A stretch of DNA of 63,669 nt, counting the filler, from Octopus bimaculoides (lineage: Eukaryota), in the NCBI RefSeq assembly GCF_001194135.2. It is 4 parts of 4 records of this genome, joined end to end, with 100 filler letters (N's around TTAATTAATTAA, not from the genome) between each part and the next. Parts side by side here need not be neighbours in the genome. Positions count along the whole stretch, not along the records: positions 1 to 28,339 come from NC_068999.1; 3 more parts are not named here. One strand, 5' to 3'. The first letter of the stretch is position 1. Each line of letters opens with the position of its first letter. The notes under the pieces are model-generated. The model worked only from the letters and a program-made list of their open reading frames with translations. It had not been told where the DNA came from and made no database searches. Below are positions 1-13,086 of the stretch, piece after piece. The translations under genes were made by a program, and so were the position numbers.

Positions 1-826
1 TGTGTGTTTTCTTTGCATTTGTGCATGAATACAAACATACATATATATGTGTGTGTGTGTGTGTATCTTTCTCTGTGTGTGTGGGTGTGTGTGCGCGTGT
101 GTGTTCATGCGCACGTGTATGTGTTAGTCTTTGCGCAGTTATTCATGCATACATATTTGTATATGTGTATTTTTAAACACGGCTGCATGGAATCACGTAC
201 TCTACACTATTCGTATATAACAATATACAAATATATGTGTGTGTGTGTGTGTGTGTGAGTGAGAGAGAAAGAGAGAGAGAGAGAGAGAGTTATTCTTCGT
301 GCGTAAGTGTGAGTATTTATGTGTGTTTGTGTGGGTGTGGGTGAGTGTGTGAATGCGTTTTTCTCTGTATGCGCGAGCGATTTTCTGCGTGGGTATTTTG
401 CCTTGTGTCCAAGTGCGTGCTTCTGCCTGTGTATGCGCAAGTTTGTATTTATAGTGTATTTAAATGTATGCAAGCAGCACCGATCTGCCGCCAGTCAAAT
501 TCTGTTCAAATACATAATCAGATATTTACTTTCTACTGTAAATGACTCTTCACCTTTTTAGGATATAGAATGTCATTACGTTGCTACAGTAATGATATTC
601 GTGAAAGCTACTCGTTGATATTTGTATTTCGAACAGCCAAAGGACAATCTCTTCACGTAATACGAAAGGTAAACTACGCACTCATAGGTTTTACAATTGT
701 ACATACTGATATTTCTATTTTGCTTAGTCTATCTATCATTCTAAATATCTATCTATATGTCTATCTACCTATCTATGCATCTATCTATCAATCTACCTAT
801 CTATTTATCTGTCTATCTCTCGGTAT

Positions 827-889
<63 letters not shown>

Positions 890-1407
890 NNNNNNNNNNN
901 NNNNNNNNNNNNNNNNNNNNNNNNNNNNNNNNNNNNNNNNNNNNNNNNNNNNNNNNNNNNNNNNNNNNNNNNNNNNNNNNNNNNNNNNNNNNNNNNNNNN
1001 NNNNNNNNNNNNNNNNNNNNNNNNNNNNNNNNNNNNNNNNNNNNNNNNNNNNNNNNNNNNNNNNNNNNNNNNNNNNNNNNNNNNNNNNNNNNNNNNNNNN
1101 NNNNNNNNNNNNNNNNNNNNNNNNNNNNNNNNNNNNNNNNNNNNNNNNNNNNNNNNNNNNNNNNNNNNNNNNNNNNNNNNNNNNNNNNNNNNNNNNNNNN
1201 NNNNNNNNNNNNNNNNNNNNNNNNNNNNNNNNNNNNNNNNNNNNNNNNNNNNNNNNNNNNNNNNNNNNNNNNNNNNNNNNNNNNNNNNNNNNNNNNNNNN
1301 NNNNNNNNNNNNNNNNNNNNNNNNNNNNNNNNNNNNNNNNNNNNNNNNNNNNNNNNNNNNNNNNNNNNNNNNNNNNNNNNNNNNNNNNNNNNNNNNNNNN
1401 NNNNNNN

Positions 1408-1478
<71 letters not shown>

Positions 1479-1715
1479 ATATACAATAACGCACACATAC
1501 AAACACACACACACATGTATGTATGTGTGTATGTATATATACGACAGGCTTCTTTCGATTTTCTTTAACTAAATTCATATGCAAGGCTTTGGTCGAACCG
1601 AAGCTAAAGTAGAAGACATTTACCCAAGATGCTACACGGTAGGAACGAACCCGGAACCATGTCGACGGGAAGCAAACTTCTTACCCCATAACTACGCCTG
1701 TACATTTATATATAT

Positions 1716-1850
1716 ACAGGGTGCGATGAATAAATTGTCGTCTAAACTACGCAAAAATTAAAATAACTTAGGCATCTCATTTTAACAGATATATTTACCA
1801 AAATGACAGGTTATCAGTCAGTAATTTTGTAGGTGTACGGTGTCTGTTTC
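1716..1850 (+). mobile_element. Probable Tc1/mariner terminal fragment (TA-CAGGGTG end)
   Basis: Starts TA|CAGGGTG after a TA run, typical of maT/DD37D-type TIR ends; no partner TIR found. Confidence 0.35.
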
Positions 1851-3330
1851 GAGGAAATAGGGTGGTATGTCCTTTCAGCATCTAGTTTGGTGTTGATTCT
1901 GACTCACTTATCAATGAATTGAACTTGGCCGATAAGTGGTTGTGGTTACTAGTGAGATAATTCAACCAGAATTTGGGGACCGTGTTTATCCCTGGAATTT
2001 TCCACTTGCTGGTACTCCTCAGTTTGTCCATGATCTCTTGGCGTGAGATTGTGGGCCATATCTGTGTTTTTCTAATATACTCTTCCTTCCCTTTTCCCTC
2101 ATAATCCACTGAGCATTTTTGTTATGTCTTTAGTTGGTTTGTGCCATATTGCTTCCCAGTATGACTGAATCGCTGTTGTTGTTGTTATGGCATCTATTGA
2201 TATAGTTTTTCTTTTGTTTAACTTTCAATAAAAACCTTTTGTGTCTATTTTGAATTCTCTATTTTGATGGAAGAAACATTTCCGTTTCCCATGCGGCACG
2301 TTCTTTCTGCTTTGCCCTTTTTATTTTCTTCATTTACATCCGAAGTATCTTTATTTTTCATGTTGTATTGTTTGGCTGTATGGGCTTTTTTTCATATTTC
2401 ATCCCGATTTCTTTAATCCACAAAGTAGTGATAAATCTTGCCGTTGTGTTTGAATTTTATTTATTACGATCTGTTACTATTTGGGGTTTGAAATTTGGCT
2501 TGGATTTTTCTTCTTGTATATCACTACAGCTGTTGAGTAAATTAAATCACTTAATTTCTTGATATCTAGTGTGTGTTTTGATATGATCTTTATTACATGT
2601 AACGATCTATTGTATATATTTTTCTTTTATAAAGCTGAATATTTTTTTGTAGCCTGGGGAGACGTTTACGCTCGTGTATATTTATCTACTGTGTTATGTT
2701 TAGTTCTACTTTTGTTATTTCTTCAGTCGTTTCGTACCGTCCTCGGTTATAGCTGATCTGTTATTTTGTGTGCTATTGTATTTGTTGTTGTTTTGTGCTT
2801 CAGTATTCTCCTGTCTATTTGTTTTGTTGAATTGCTGTGCTGTTCTATTTATCACAGGGTTAGGTAGCTGTGTAGAGTTTTTAATTTGGTTTAGCTTCTT
2901 TTCTATTGTTTGAAGTGTTATTGCTGTTGTGTTCCTCCTCTTTCTTTTGTGGTGTCATATGTCTTTTCGAATATGTAATGTCTGATGTGCTTGTTTTGCC
3001 TGATTGCGATCCGTTGTTTTGAGTTATGAGGCATTTTCTTTTATTTTTCCGTTTGTATTTTAGCTATTAGATTGTCTATTTCGGTTTGGGGCACTTTTCC
3101 CTCTCGCAGAATATATCGCCGGACAATCGTAAAAGTATTCCTGTATTCTCCGAGACATTTCCACTTCCATCAATAATTCTTCTTCTCCATATTTGGCATG
3201 ACTCTCTTGTAATACTTGTCTTTCCCGGGTATAGTTTTACAGAGTAGAATGCATGGAACACTCCGATAAAATTATCATCTGTCAACCGTTCTCTTTTGGC
3301 TCTGATTTTCACTTTGCCAATTACATTAGG
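1850..3330 (-). mobile_element. Decayed R4/Dong-like non-LTR retrotransposon (N-terminal region to start of RT)
   Basis: Minus-strand peptides 'KWKIPGINTVPKFWLNYLTSNHNHLSAKFNSLISESESTPN*MLKGHTTLFP' (pre-RT motif WKxPGxDxxxNFWLK..W.TxGxTxLxPK) and 'RERLTDDNFIGVFHAFYSVKLYPGKTSITRESCQIWRRRI'. Many stops and frameshifts; RT core absent. Confidence 0.72.
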
Positions 3331-3664
3331 AGATGGGTCTGCCTGTTCAGAATTATCATTTTGGCAGAACTCCGTCTCTGACTGTATGCTATTTTTGTTT
3401 TCGTATCTCGAGTACCACAAGCCCATAGATAAAAAAACATTTGTTTTTATTTGTTTCTGAAGTTTTATTACTGAGCATATCTGTTTATTTTCTCACTATT
3501 CAAAATGATATGTTGCATTCTAAATTCATTGCACCGAGCAATATGCTTAGCGGTATTTCGTCCGTCGCTACGTTCTGATCTCAAACTCCACGGATGGGTT
3601 GATAAATTAAATACCAGTTAAACACTGTTATCCAAATTGTTCCACTAGACGCTTTAGACGTACT

Positions 3665-4367
3665 TACGTCTTCCTGCTATCAAACATCACTCGTTCCAGA
3701 AATTCTCAACAGCTGCATGTCACAAGAAATGAAAAAATGAGTAATTCTATCTCCTAAAAATTTTGTCTTGCAATAAATGAAGAAGTTCATAATACTTTAT
3801 CAAGAACACTTGGAACATACTTAAGCAGGGATTCAGTGTCCTGCAAAAATGAGGAGGTGTTTCAGAACTATCCAGTTGAATTCATAAACTCTCTCACTTC
3901 ATCCGGTATGTCGTCTCATCGCCTCAACTTAAAAGTAGGAGCTATTGTAACGCAGCTAAAAAAACTTTGCATCAGTCAAGGATTATGTAATGGAACTCAC
4001 TTTAAACTGCAAAGACTTCATGGACATTGTGTCGAGGCATCATTGGTAATAGGGTCTAATAGAGGTCGTACAATTCTAATTCCCAGAATTAAACTTAGCC
4101 CGAGTGATCCAAATATTCCAGTGACACTAAACAGAGCTCAATTTTCGCTTTGACTTCCATATTCAATAACAATCAATACGGCTCAACAGTAAGCATTTGA
4201 AAAAGGTGGAATACATTTGCCTCAGCCGGCATTTTGACATATGTTGCATATTCAAGTGCCCGCGCTGTAAACAATATCAAAGTAAGTGATATAACACTCA
4301 ATCGGGAAAACAGAGAAGACCAAAACATGGTGACACAACAAATATTGTCTACCATGAAGTACTATAA
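3665..4367 (+). mobile_element. Helitron PIF1-helicase C-terminal remnant
   Basis: 'YPVEFINSLTSSGMSSHRLNLKVGAIV..LCISQGLCNGT..LIPRIKLSPSDPNIPVTLNRAQF' and terminal 'NIVYHEVL*' (4341-4367), matching the RepHel helicase end; frameshifted. Confidence 0.9.
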
Positions 4368-4931
4368 AGAAGATAACCACACTAGCAAGCACTACCCCCA
4401 CACATGCCAGCTCCATCATTACACATCCACATTACACCTTGAAGACCAGAAAACCAGTCGAGGACCCGCTGGAATTCTCTCGCAGCAGCCTCCACCCTCA
4501 TGCCAGCAAAACAAAGAATCGCACCAGCCAGTTTCACGGCCACCTCCATTGTCCGCTGCTGCAACAACAACTTAGTCACATAGTGTTCAACCCCAAGTAA
4601 AGGATACTTCGCTGCCTTCTTCGGATTCACAACCAATTCAAACAGTGATTTAAAAACAGTAAAAAAAAAAAAATAATAAATGCTCGAATTTCCTGGACTA
4701 CAGGTGGTACAAGTTAAAAAAAGAACTCAATGTTTCCACCTCCTGGGGATGTTGAAGTGAGCATTGTGCAATGTGCATGTATATGAACCGTCGAATTAAA
4801 AGAAACAACAAATTATATTATATAAAAGTTTATGATTTTTAGTAGTATAACACAAAAAAAATAATTAGATAACTAAATATGGTCACTATTAAAGATTCTT
4901 ACATCTGTTTTATGTTTCCCATGAAGTTTTA

Positions 4932-4947
4932 ATGGATCACGTCGCTT

Positions 4948-5000
<53 letters not shown>

Positions 5001-5019
5001 GTTATTCAGGTCACTGCCT

Positions 5020-5090
<71 letters not shown>

Positions 5091-5093
5091 AAT

Positions 5094-5136
<43 letters not shown>

Positions 5137-5318
5137 GAAACAACAACAGCAACAACAACGACAACAACACCCAAAATACCTCAGGAATGAGAACCCAGTT
5201 TCGATATAACCCCAAGACACCTGATGAAGGCTGGAGGGTATATCAGCCGAAACGTTGTGTTAACAACAAAGAAGATGAGGACACATATCCGTCAAATGTA
5301 AATAATGTAAATAATATC
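4932..5318 (+). mobile_element. Hammerhead-bearing short element family H1, copy A (5'-inverted/truncated)
   Basis: Layout: (ATT)n, inverted head remnant CAGGTCACTGCCTG, (AAT)n(AAC)n, then a unique tail (about 5165-5318) homologous to about 61605-61746. Confidence 0.75.
5216..5261 (+). ncRNA. Minimal type I hammerhead ribozyme motif (family H1, intact)
   Basis: Stem I GACAC(5216-20)/GTGTT(5257-61); core CTGATGA(+A) 5221-28; stem II GGCTG/CAGCC; GAAAC 5249-53; palindromic stem III AACGTT with GUU cleavage triplet. Confidence 0.72.
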
Positions 5319-6131
5319 TAGATCGCTTACTACCGGACTTGAGAGGACTACCGTTTTCTTTTTGAATGACTTATCACAATGCTCCACTGTTACCAACTTG
5401 CGAAGAAAATTTCAGGAAACATCGATGTGTTGTTAAGTAAAGAATTTACTGTTTACCTAAATTTTTCATCTACAACTGTTGTAAAGGACATTATGCTGTC
5501 TAAAACGCTAAGTCCTTTTTCTAGTCAATGATATTACCGACAACTTCACAAATTGATATATATATATAAAGATGTATAATTCCTAACGTTCTTGATGCTG
5601 ATGCAGTGTATGGTAATTGATGGCATATCAATTAAAGCTTTTATACGCACATACACACAAGCGCACCGCCTCATAAATATATATANNNNNNNNNNNNNNN
5701 NNNNNNNNNNNNNNNNNNNNNNNNNNNNNNNNNNNNNNNNNNNNNNNNNNNNNNNNNNNNNNNNNNNNNNNNNNNNNNNNNNNNNNNNNNNNNNNNNNNN
5801 NNNNNNNNNNNNNNNNNNNNNNNNNNNNNNNNNNNNNNNNNNNNNNNNNNNNNNNNNNNNNNNNNNNNNNNNNNNNNNNNNNNNNNNNNNNNNNNNNNNN
5901 NNNNNNNNNNNNNNNNNNNNNNNNNNNNNNNNNNNNNNNNNNNNNNNNNNNNNNNNNNNNNNNNNNNNNNNNNNNNNNNNNNNNNNNNNNNNNNNNNNNN
6001 NNNNNNNNNNNNNNNNNNNNNNNNNNNNNNNNNNNNNNNNNNNNNNNNNNNNNNNNNNNNNNNNNNNNNNNNNNNNNNNNNNNNNNNNNNNNNNNNNNNN
6101 NNNNNNNNNNNNNNNNNNNNNNNNNNNNNNN

Positions 6132-6168
<37 letters not shown>

Positions 6169-6760
6169 GTCGCACATGGCTATATTAAGTCTCAATTTAT
6201 GATAAACATGTGTATGTCTACTACGTATTGTAATTCTCGTCCGAAATGAGTGATTATTTGCGAGGACAGCGGCATTGCGCATTAATGTAAGAACCAAATT
6301 TCAATTTAAAATGGAGTAGGCGAAAAGATGTTATAACATTTATTTCACAATACTAACAGATAACCAGTCTCTCCAAATTGTAGAAAGCAAACAAGGTAAA
6401 CTATTAAGTGTCTTCTTGCCACCTTCATATACCATTAATATATACGAAGGACGCTAGATAAATGTCAAACAATAGGTGTAAATGTAACTTTTGTGAGTGT
6501 TAATGTATGTGTATTTACAAAGAGAACCATTCTATTAAATTGATGTAAGGCGCGTGGTTACATACACTGTGTTCCAAAATAAATAAAAAATGTAGACAAT
6601 GGCTTGATTCTGTGGTAAGAACTAAAGAACTATGCTTTCCAACCGATGGCTCCAGGGTCATTCCCACTGCGAGCTGTCTGGGGCAAGTGTCTTCTATTAT
6701 CGCCTTGTGAGTTGATTTGTAAGACGGAAAATGAAAGAAGACTGTTGCATATATGTATGC

Positions 6761-6796
<36 letters not shown>

Positions 6797-7186
6797 GTGT
6801 GTGTGTGTGTGTGTGTGTGTCTTCTTCTATGAGTTTGTCTACATCGCCGCTTGCCAAACAGTGTTGGTGTGTTTAAGTCCGCTAACATAGCGGTTTGGCA
6901 GGCTTTAGAAATAAGAAAAAAATAATAAGTACTGGGGTAGATAAATTCGATTACGCCTGTAGATTAATGGGTGAAACAACAAAAAAAAAAATATTAAAGG
7001 ATATACACGCATTTTAATTATTACCCCAAATAATTTGGGTATAGCAGAAGAGATTTGCCCAATGTGACATGCAGTGGGCCTGGACCAGGAACCATGTTGA
7101 TATTTTTGTCAGTAGCATAAACTGGAGACAGATGAATTTCACGAAAGTTATTTTTTTATGTACACATCATGAACTTTGACACACAA

Positions 7187-7268
<82 letters not shown>

Positions 7269-8337
7269 TGTCATTCTCACGCTCACTCACTCTCTTTCTC
7301 TCTCTCCCTCTTTTACCCACTTTGTCACCATCTCTCTTTCTGTTTCGCGCTTTCTAACTCTGACCCTTACCACCCGTGGGATATAACCACACGCCCTACA
7401 TAATCAAGATAAATGAAGCTAAATGTCTGTTCGAAGACGAGTGTTTTTTATGATTTTTTTTTTTCGGAAACGTTTTATTTCGAGTAATCATGATTTATTA
7501 ACGAAGCACATTATCTGATGACAGGAACATTATTAGTTTAACATTGATGCATCTCCAAAGAAATGCGCACACTATTTAGTGAACTGCAATATAAATTGTA
7601 ACGAGAAGAGATACTATAGCCCAAAGGCAACGTAATACTAGTTTGCTTTCTTTGTCTATGGCGTTCCTAGATTTTCTTATAGCACTGCAGTAATTTTCCA
7701 ATGTTATCTATTTTTAGCCATAAGAGCACGCATTTCGAATTATTAGAAAATAATAGGTGACACAATTCTTCGGGAAAAATACCCCCTTTATATTCGCAGT
7801 TCTTTTCTGTTTTAATCTAATCATACTAAAAGTGTTGTACTTAACACTAACGGACCTTGGAGAGGAAATTTAACTTCAATTCCAACATATTTAGATGGAT
7901 TCTCTTGTGTAAATAATCCAAGATATCCCAAATACGGCATACACTTTTTGGCTTCTTGCAAGGTATAAGCCAATGGACCATTATATATAAATTATAGATC
8001 GACGTGTTATAACAAAAGTCACATTTCTATGAAACAAATCGTATCACCCACATTAGAGCGAAATGGATATTAGAGGGAGTAATTTTGAATTTAGAAACAC
8101 ACGTCATGTACAATGTTAAACTTACTCGCAACAGGCCTGAACCGAAGCTAAAGAGTACCATCGCGAGGAAACGTCAAGCCGCCACCCACCATCATGCATA
8201 CTCTTTTACTCTTTTCCTAAACCGCTAGGTTACGGGGTCGTAAACACACTAGAATCAGTTGTCAAGTGATGTTGGGGAGGGGACGAACACAGACACACAA
8301 ACACACACATATATCTATCTATCTAACTATCTATATA

Positions 8338-8370
<33 letters not shown>

Positions 8371-8372
<2 letters not shown>

Positions 8373-8531
8373 GACGGGCTTCTTTCAGTTTCTGTCTATC
8401 AAATCCATTCACAAGACTTTGGTCGGCCCGAGGCTATAGTAGAAGGCACTTACCCAAGGTGCCACGCAGTGGGGCTAAACCCGGAACAATGTGGTTGGTA
8501 AACAAGTTACTTACCACACAGCCACTCCTGC
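8371..8531 (-). mobile_element. tRNA-derived SINE family B, 5' half (head GCAGGAGTGGCTGTGTGGTAAG)
   Basis: Homologs at 1541-1700(-), 6630-6900(+), 55151-55556(-) and 61747-62083(+); the unique part ends in GAAAGAAGCCCGTCG then (TA)n. Confidence 0.88.
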
Positions 8532-10331
8532 GCGTATGCGCAGAGGATTCAAGTCAACCTGATCGGGACATTGTCGATACCTTTCCTTTGTTGTGGAAAG
8601 TGTTGTCCCAAAGATTTGAGCAATCTTAGACTGCTTATGCTGTGTCAAAATGGACCACAATGCAACGTCGCTGAATATTATGCTCTCCACATTTTCTTCT
8701 GACTCGTGTGGCATGTCTAGTCGCTATAAAAATTAATATGTAATCAGAAATGGAATATAATAAGGCATTCACAAGGTTCAAACATCAGGTATTGTTGGCG
8801 TTATAGTTAAATTTGTCTTTGTGATGCCTGTATATGTCTGGTCAGGACCAGGCATTTAATCACAAATTTAGTGGGTATCTTTTTATTTACAACGATATAG
8901 ATTAGCCAACAATGGCTTATATATTTACATCAGTCACTGCTTTCAGCCTTTAGAGTGGGCTATACTGGGGCCTTTCTTGGAGGGTTTTAGCTGAGTAAAT
9001 CAAACACAGCACATCATTTCTAAGCTAGATTTTTATTATATCGATCACTTTTGCGAAAATTCTAAGTTATGTGGAGGGGAAAGAAGGACACACGCACCCA
9101 CACAAACGCACACATATAGATACATATTAATATACAGAAATACACATACGATCATATATTCGAGTTGATTTTTGAGATCCCGTGTACGGAAACCACTTAA
9201 TGGTCTTGGCCACACCATGGCTATAGTAATACACACAAAAGACTGAATCCGAAACCATGTTGTGGGCAAGGAAACGTTTTATCTCACGACCGTGGCTGGG
9301 TCTATTCGTTTCCAACACCTTCAATTTAACCTCCACTGTGTAACTTTACAAATCTCCAGGCTTTAAGAGTTACTATTGCTTAAAGCGATAAGATATCACA
9401 ATGCTATATCTACTATGGCGGCTTCGTTGTATCTCATGTTTCTGAACAAATCATTTGTTGAAAACAGTCAAATTACAAAAGGGAAGATGTCCTTCTGGAA
9501 TATAACGAGTTGAATGGCATTATCTATAGAACAATTCCCATCAACTCACATTTCAACGTTCTTGTCATTATTATAATTAGCAAGCGTATTGCACACTAGA
9601 AATGTCTCAAACACACATGTCTTCTTTAACTTCCAGAAAAAGCACACTACTTCCCATTTCTCTAGGAGTATTAAGACAATGTTGATATCGTTACTCTTAT
9701 TTCAATATCCTTGTTATTTATGACAAGCACGAATAAGAACGATATTCTATGACACAACAGCCGCGATAATAACATATTGTGTTCATACATAAAGTGTGTC
9801 TATGCCTATATTGTACAATGCGACCGTTCGTATTTGGTAGCATAGCGAGTTAATTTTATACACGGTGCTTTTTTTTCATTTGATTTACATCGTCTTCCTT
9901 CGAAGTTCGCTTTCGTTTCTGGTCGTAGGTCAATTTTAGTTTTACAAGCCTGTTAACAAAACCGAAATTATATTTACAATTTACTTGACACGGTGTAAAT
10001 AAAAGTGCACAATCCCACATGACCTTCCCGTTTAAAGAGGTTATGTTGTTTGTGAATGTGAGGGCCCTCTCTAAACTATTTCTGGCAGATCAGAAAAAAA
10101 AAAGAGCTGAGACTCACTAATACATTTGAAAAATAATGTTATTTTCAGTTATGCTAAGCAACATATACTCATTTGCACTCAACAGCAAACACAGACGTAA
10201 TGAAATATCTTTCAGAAAGATTTTATCAATGTTTGAGACTAATTTTATAAATCTTGTATAGCGAAGAAAATTTAATTAAGTCTTATCGGATATGACCGTT
10301 CCGATATTAATATATACCTGTGCGTGTGTGT

Positions 10332-10372
<41 letters not shown>

Positions 10373-10794
10373 GTGTGTGTGTGTTGTNNNNNNNNNNGTG
10401 TGTGTGTGTGTGCGTGTGTGTGTGTGTGTTGTGTGTGTATGTGTGTGTGTTTGTGTGTGTAAGTGTGAGAGCGTTTGCTCATGCGTATGACAGTGTGTGT
10501 GTAGGTGCGTGTGTATATGTGTGCGTATGAGTGTATGTGTGGGACTGTGTGCGAGTGATTTCTTGTTTGTGTGAATAGGTTTCTCTGCCGGTGTATGTGT
10601 ATATCTTGATGTATGCGTACGCGTATATATAGACGTATACGTATACATTCATAGATATATACTTCTATCTATAAGTTCATAAAGATACACGTATGCATGT
10701 ATATTTGGCCATACGTATATACAATATAATCTTATATATTATTGATTTCATATTACCAGTAATGTATATATGTGAACATAAATATATATGTATA

Positions 10795-10830
<36 letters not shown>

Positions 10831-11658
10831 NNNNNNNNNNNNNNNNNNNNNNNNNNNNNNNNNNNNNNNNNNNNNNNNNNNNNNNNNNNNNNNNNNNNNN
10901 NNNNNNNNNNNNNNNNNNNNNNNNNNNNNNNNNNNNNNNNNNNNNNNNNNNNNNNNNNNNNNNNNNNNNNNNNNNNNNNNNNNNNNNNNNNNNNNNNNNN
11001 NNNNNNNNNNNNNNNNNNNNNNNNNNNNNNNNNNNNNNNNNNNNNNNNNNNNNNNNNNNNNNNNNNNNNNNNNNNNNNNNNNNNNNNNNNNNNNNNNNNN
11101 NNNNNNNNNNNNNNNNNNNNNNNNNNNNNNNNNNNNNNNNNNNNNNNNNNNNNNNNNNNNNNNNNNNNNNNNNNNNNNNNNNNNNNNNNNNNNNNNNNNN
11201 NNNNNNNNNNNNNNNNNNNNNNNNNNNNNNNNNNNNNNNNNNTATATAGAGAGAGAGAGAGAGGGAGAGAGAGAGAGAGAGAGAGGGCACATATTATATG
11301 CGCGTGTACGTGCGAGTATATGCGTATATATACACATACATACCCACATATACATACACATACATTTGTATATTCACAATATACTATTGTATTTTATCCT
11401 ATTGTGTTCCAAGATGTCGGCTTATATTGTGAACACAAATATTATTTCCAGTAAATTACATTTTCAACATTTTTATTCAATTATAATTTTATGTTTTGTT
11501 AACCGTTTCTTTTTGGAAACTTTCATATACATTGATCAGCTGTCTCCTATTCGATGTGTGATAAGACATAATCACACGCCCGCGCGCAAACACACAGACG
11601 CACAGACACACAGACGCACAGACACACATACACACACATACACAAACACATCTATATG

Positions 11659-11732
<74 letters not shown>

Positions 11733-12737
11733 TATATATATATATATATGTATATAACCATATATGTACATTTGTGTGTATATATGTGTGTATATCTGTA
11801 TGTGTCAATCTTATATGCACTCACACAAATATCTTTATTAAAACACATCTTATCTGTAGTAAGTGACAGTAAATATATTTACATGATCCTCTCAATTACA
11901 CCCTTGGAACTTACCTCATCTGAAGCGCTACAGAATTCTGTCTCAGACATATAGTATATAGAGAAACATTTGCACACAGACAACTTACACACACACACAC
12001 ACATACAGACAGACAACCACACTTACACACACACAGTCATACGTTCACACACACACACACGCACACAAGTAAGCGCCTGGTATTTATACGATATTTGCAG
12101 CAAACTGTTCTTGAAATATAATCTTTGTAATAATAGATGCAGTTGATTGACCGAGGCTCTCATCTTGTTTTGTCTGATTGTTGGGTCAAATTCTGAATTT
12201 GAAAGCATTCCGCATTTATGAAAATATAGCTTTGAAAATACTTTAGTGAGAAAATAGGCTATAAAAAAATAGTTTCTATTAATTCATTATGCATAAAGAA
12301 GCCTGATGTTTAAGCGATTCGCTGTATGAAGCGAACGATACTGTAGAAGAAGAGCTCGGATATAGAATATATATTAATGGAATATGGATGGGAAGAATCT
12401 GTGAATCGAGACGAATAGAAACGGAAAGCAAATTTAATTAAAAAAGAATAATGCAAAACAAGAAATGAGAAAACCCAGATGGTTGCGAAAAAAAGATGAC
12501 AAATATGCAATAGTTACTAATATATTTTCAACTAATTCTATTGTGATATAACAAAGAATATCAGTGGAAAAGGTGAGAAGTAAAACAATATAACTATTTT
12601 AGAATGCAGCGAGGAAAATAGTGACACAGAAATGGAAGGTAATCTAAAGGTGTGTGAGAGAGAGAGAGTGAAAGAAGAAAAAAAATCATAATCTATATTT
12701 GTTAGCGGCGTTTGGAAGTGGTTATTGTTAACTGTTA

Positions 12738-13086
12738 GTGGAGGCGCAATGGCCAGTGGTTAGGGCAGTGGACTCGCGGTCATAGGATCGCGGTTTCGAT
12801 TCCCAGACCGGGCGTTGTGAGTGTTTATTTAACGAAAACACCTAGAGCTCCACGAGGCTCCGGCAGGGGATGGTGGCGAACCCTGCTGTACTCTTCCATC
12901 ACAACTTTCTCTCACTCTTACTTCCTGTTTCTGTTGTGCCTGTAATTCAAAGGGTCGGCCTTGTCACACTGTGTCACGCTGAATATCCCCGAAAACTACG
13001 TTAAGGGTACACGTGTCTGTGGAGTGCTCAGCCACTTGCACGTTAATTTCACGAGCCGGTTGTTCCGTTGATCGACGTCGTAAGCG
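12738..13086 (+). mobile_element. tRNA-derived SINE family A (head GTGGAGGCGCAATGGCC)
   Basis: A and B boxes (TGGCCAGTGG; GGTTTCGATTCC); homologous copies at 51009-51378(-), 46059-46197(-) and 62757-62840; runs into a gap. Confidence 0.9.

Noticed and set aside
570-1584. Long ORFs in the six-frame track (also at 13, 27, 38-39, 46-47 and 57-58 kb)
   Set aside because: They consist of X from gaps plus YI/HT/CV/SL dipeptides from microsatellites.
4929-5321. Poly-I/poly-N/poly-L ORFs
   Set aside because: Translations of (ATT)/(AAT)/(AAC) tracts in repeat family H1.
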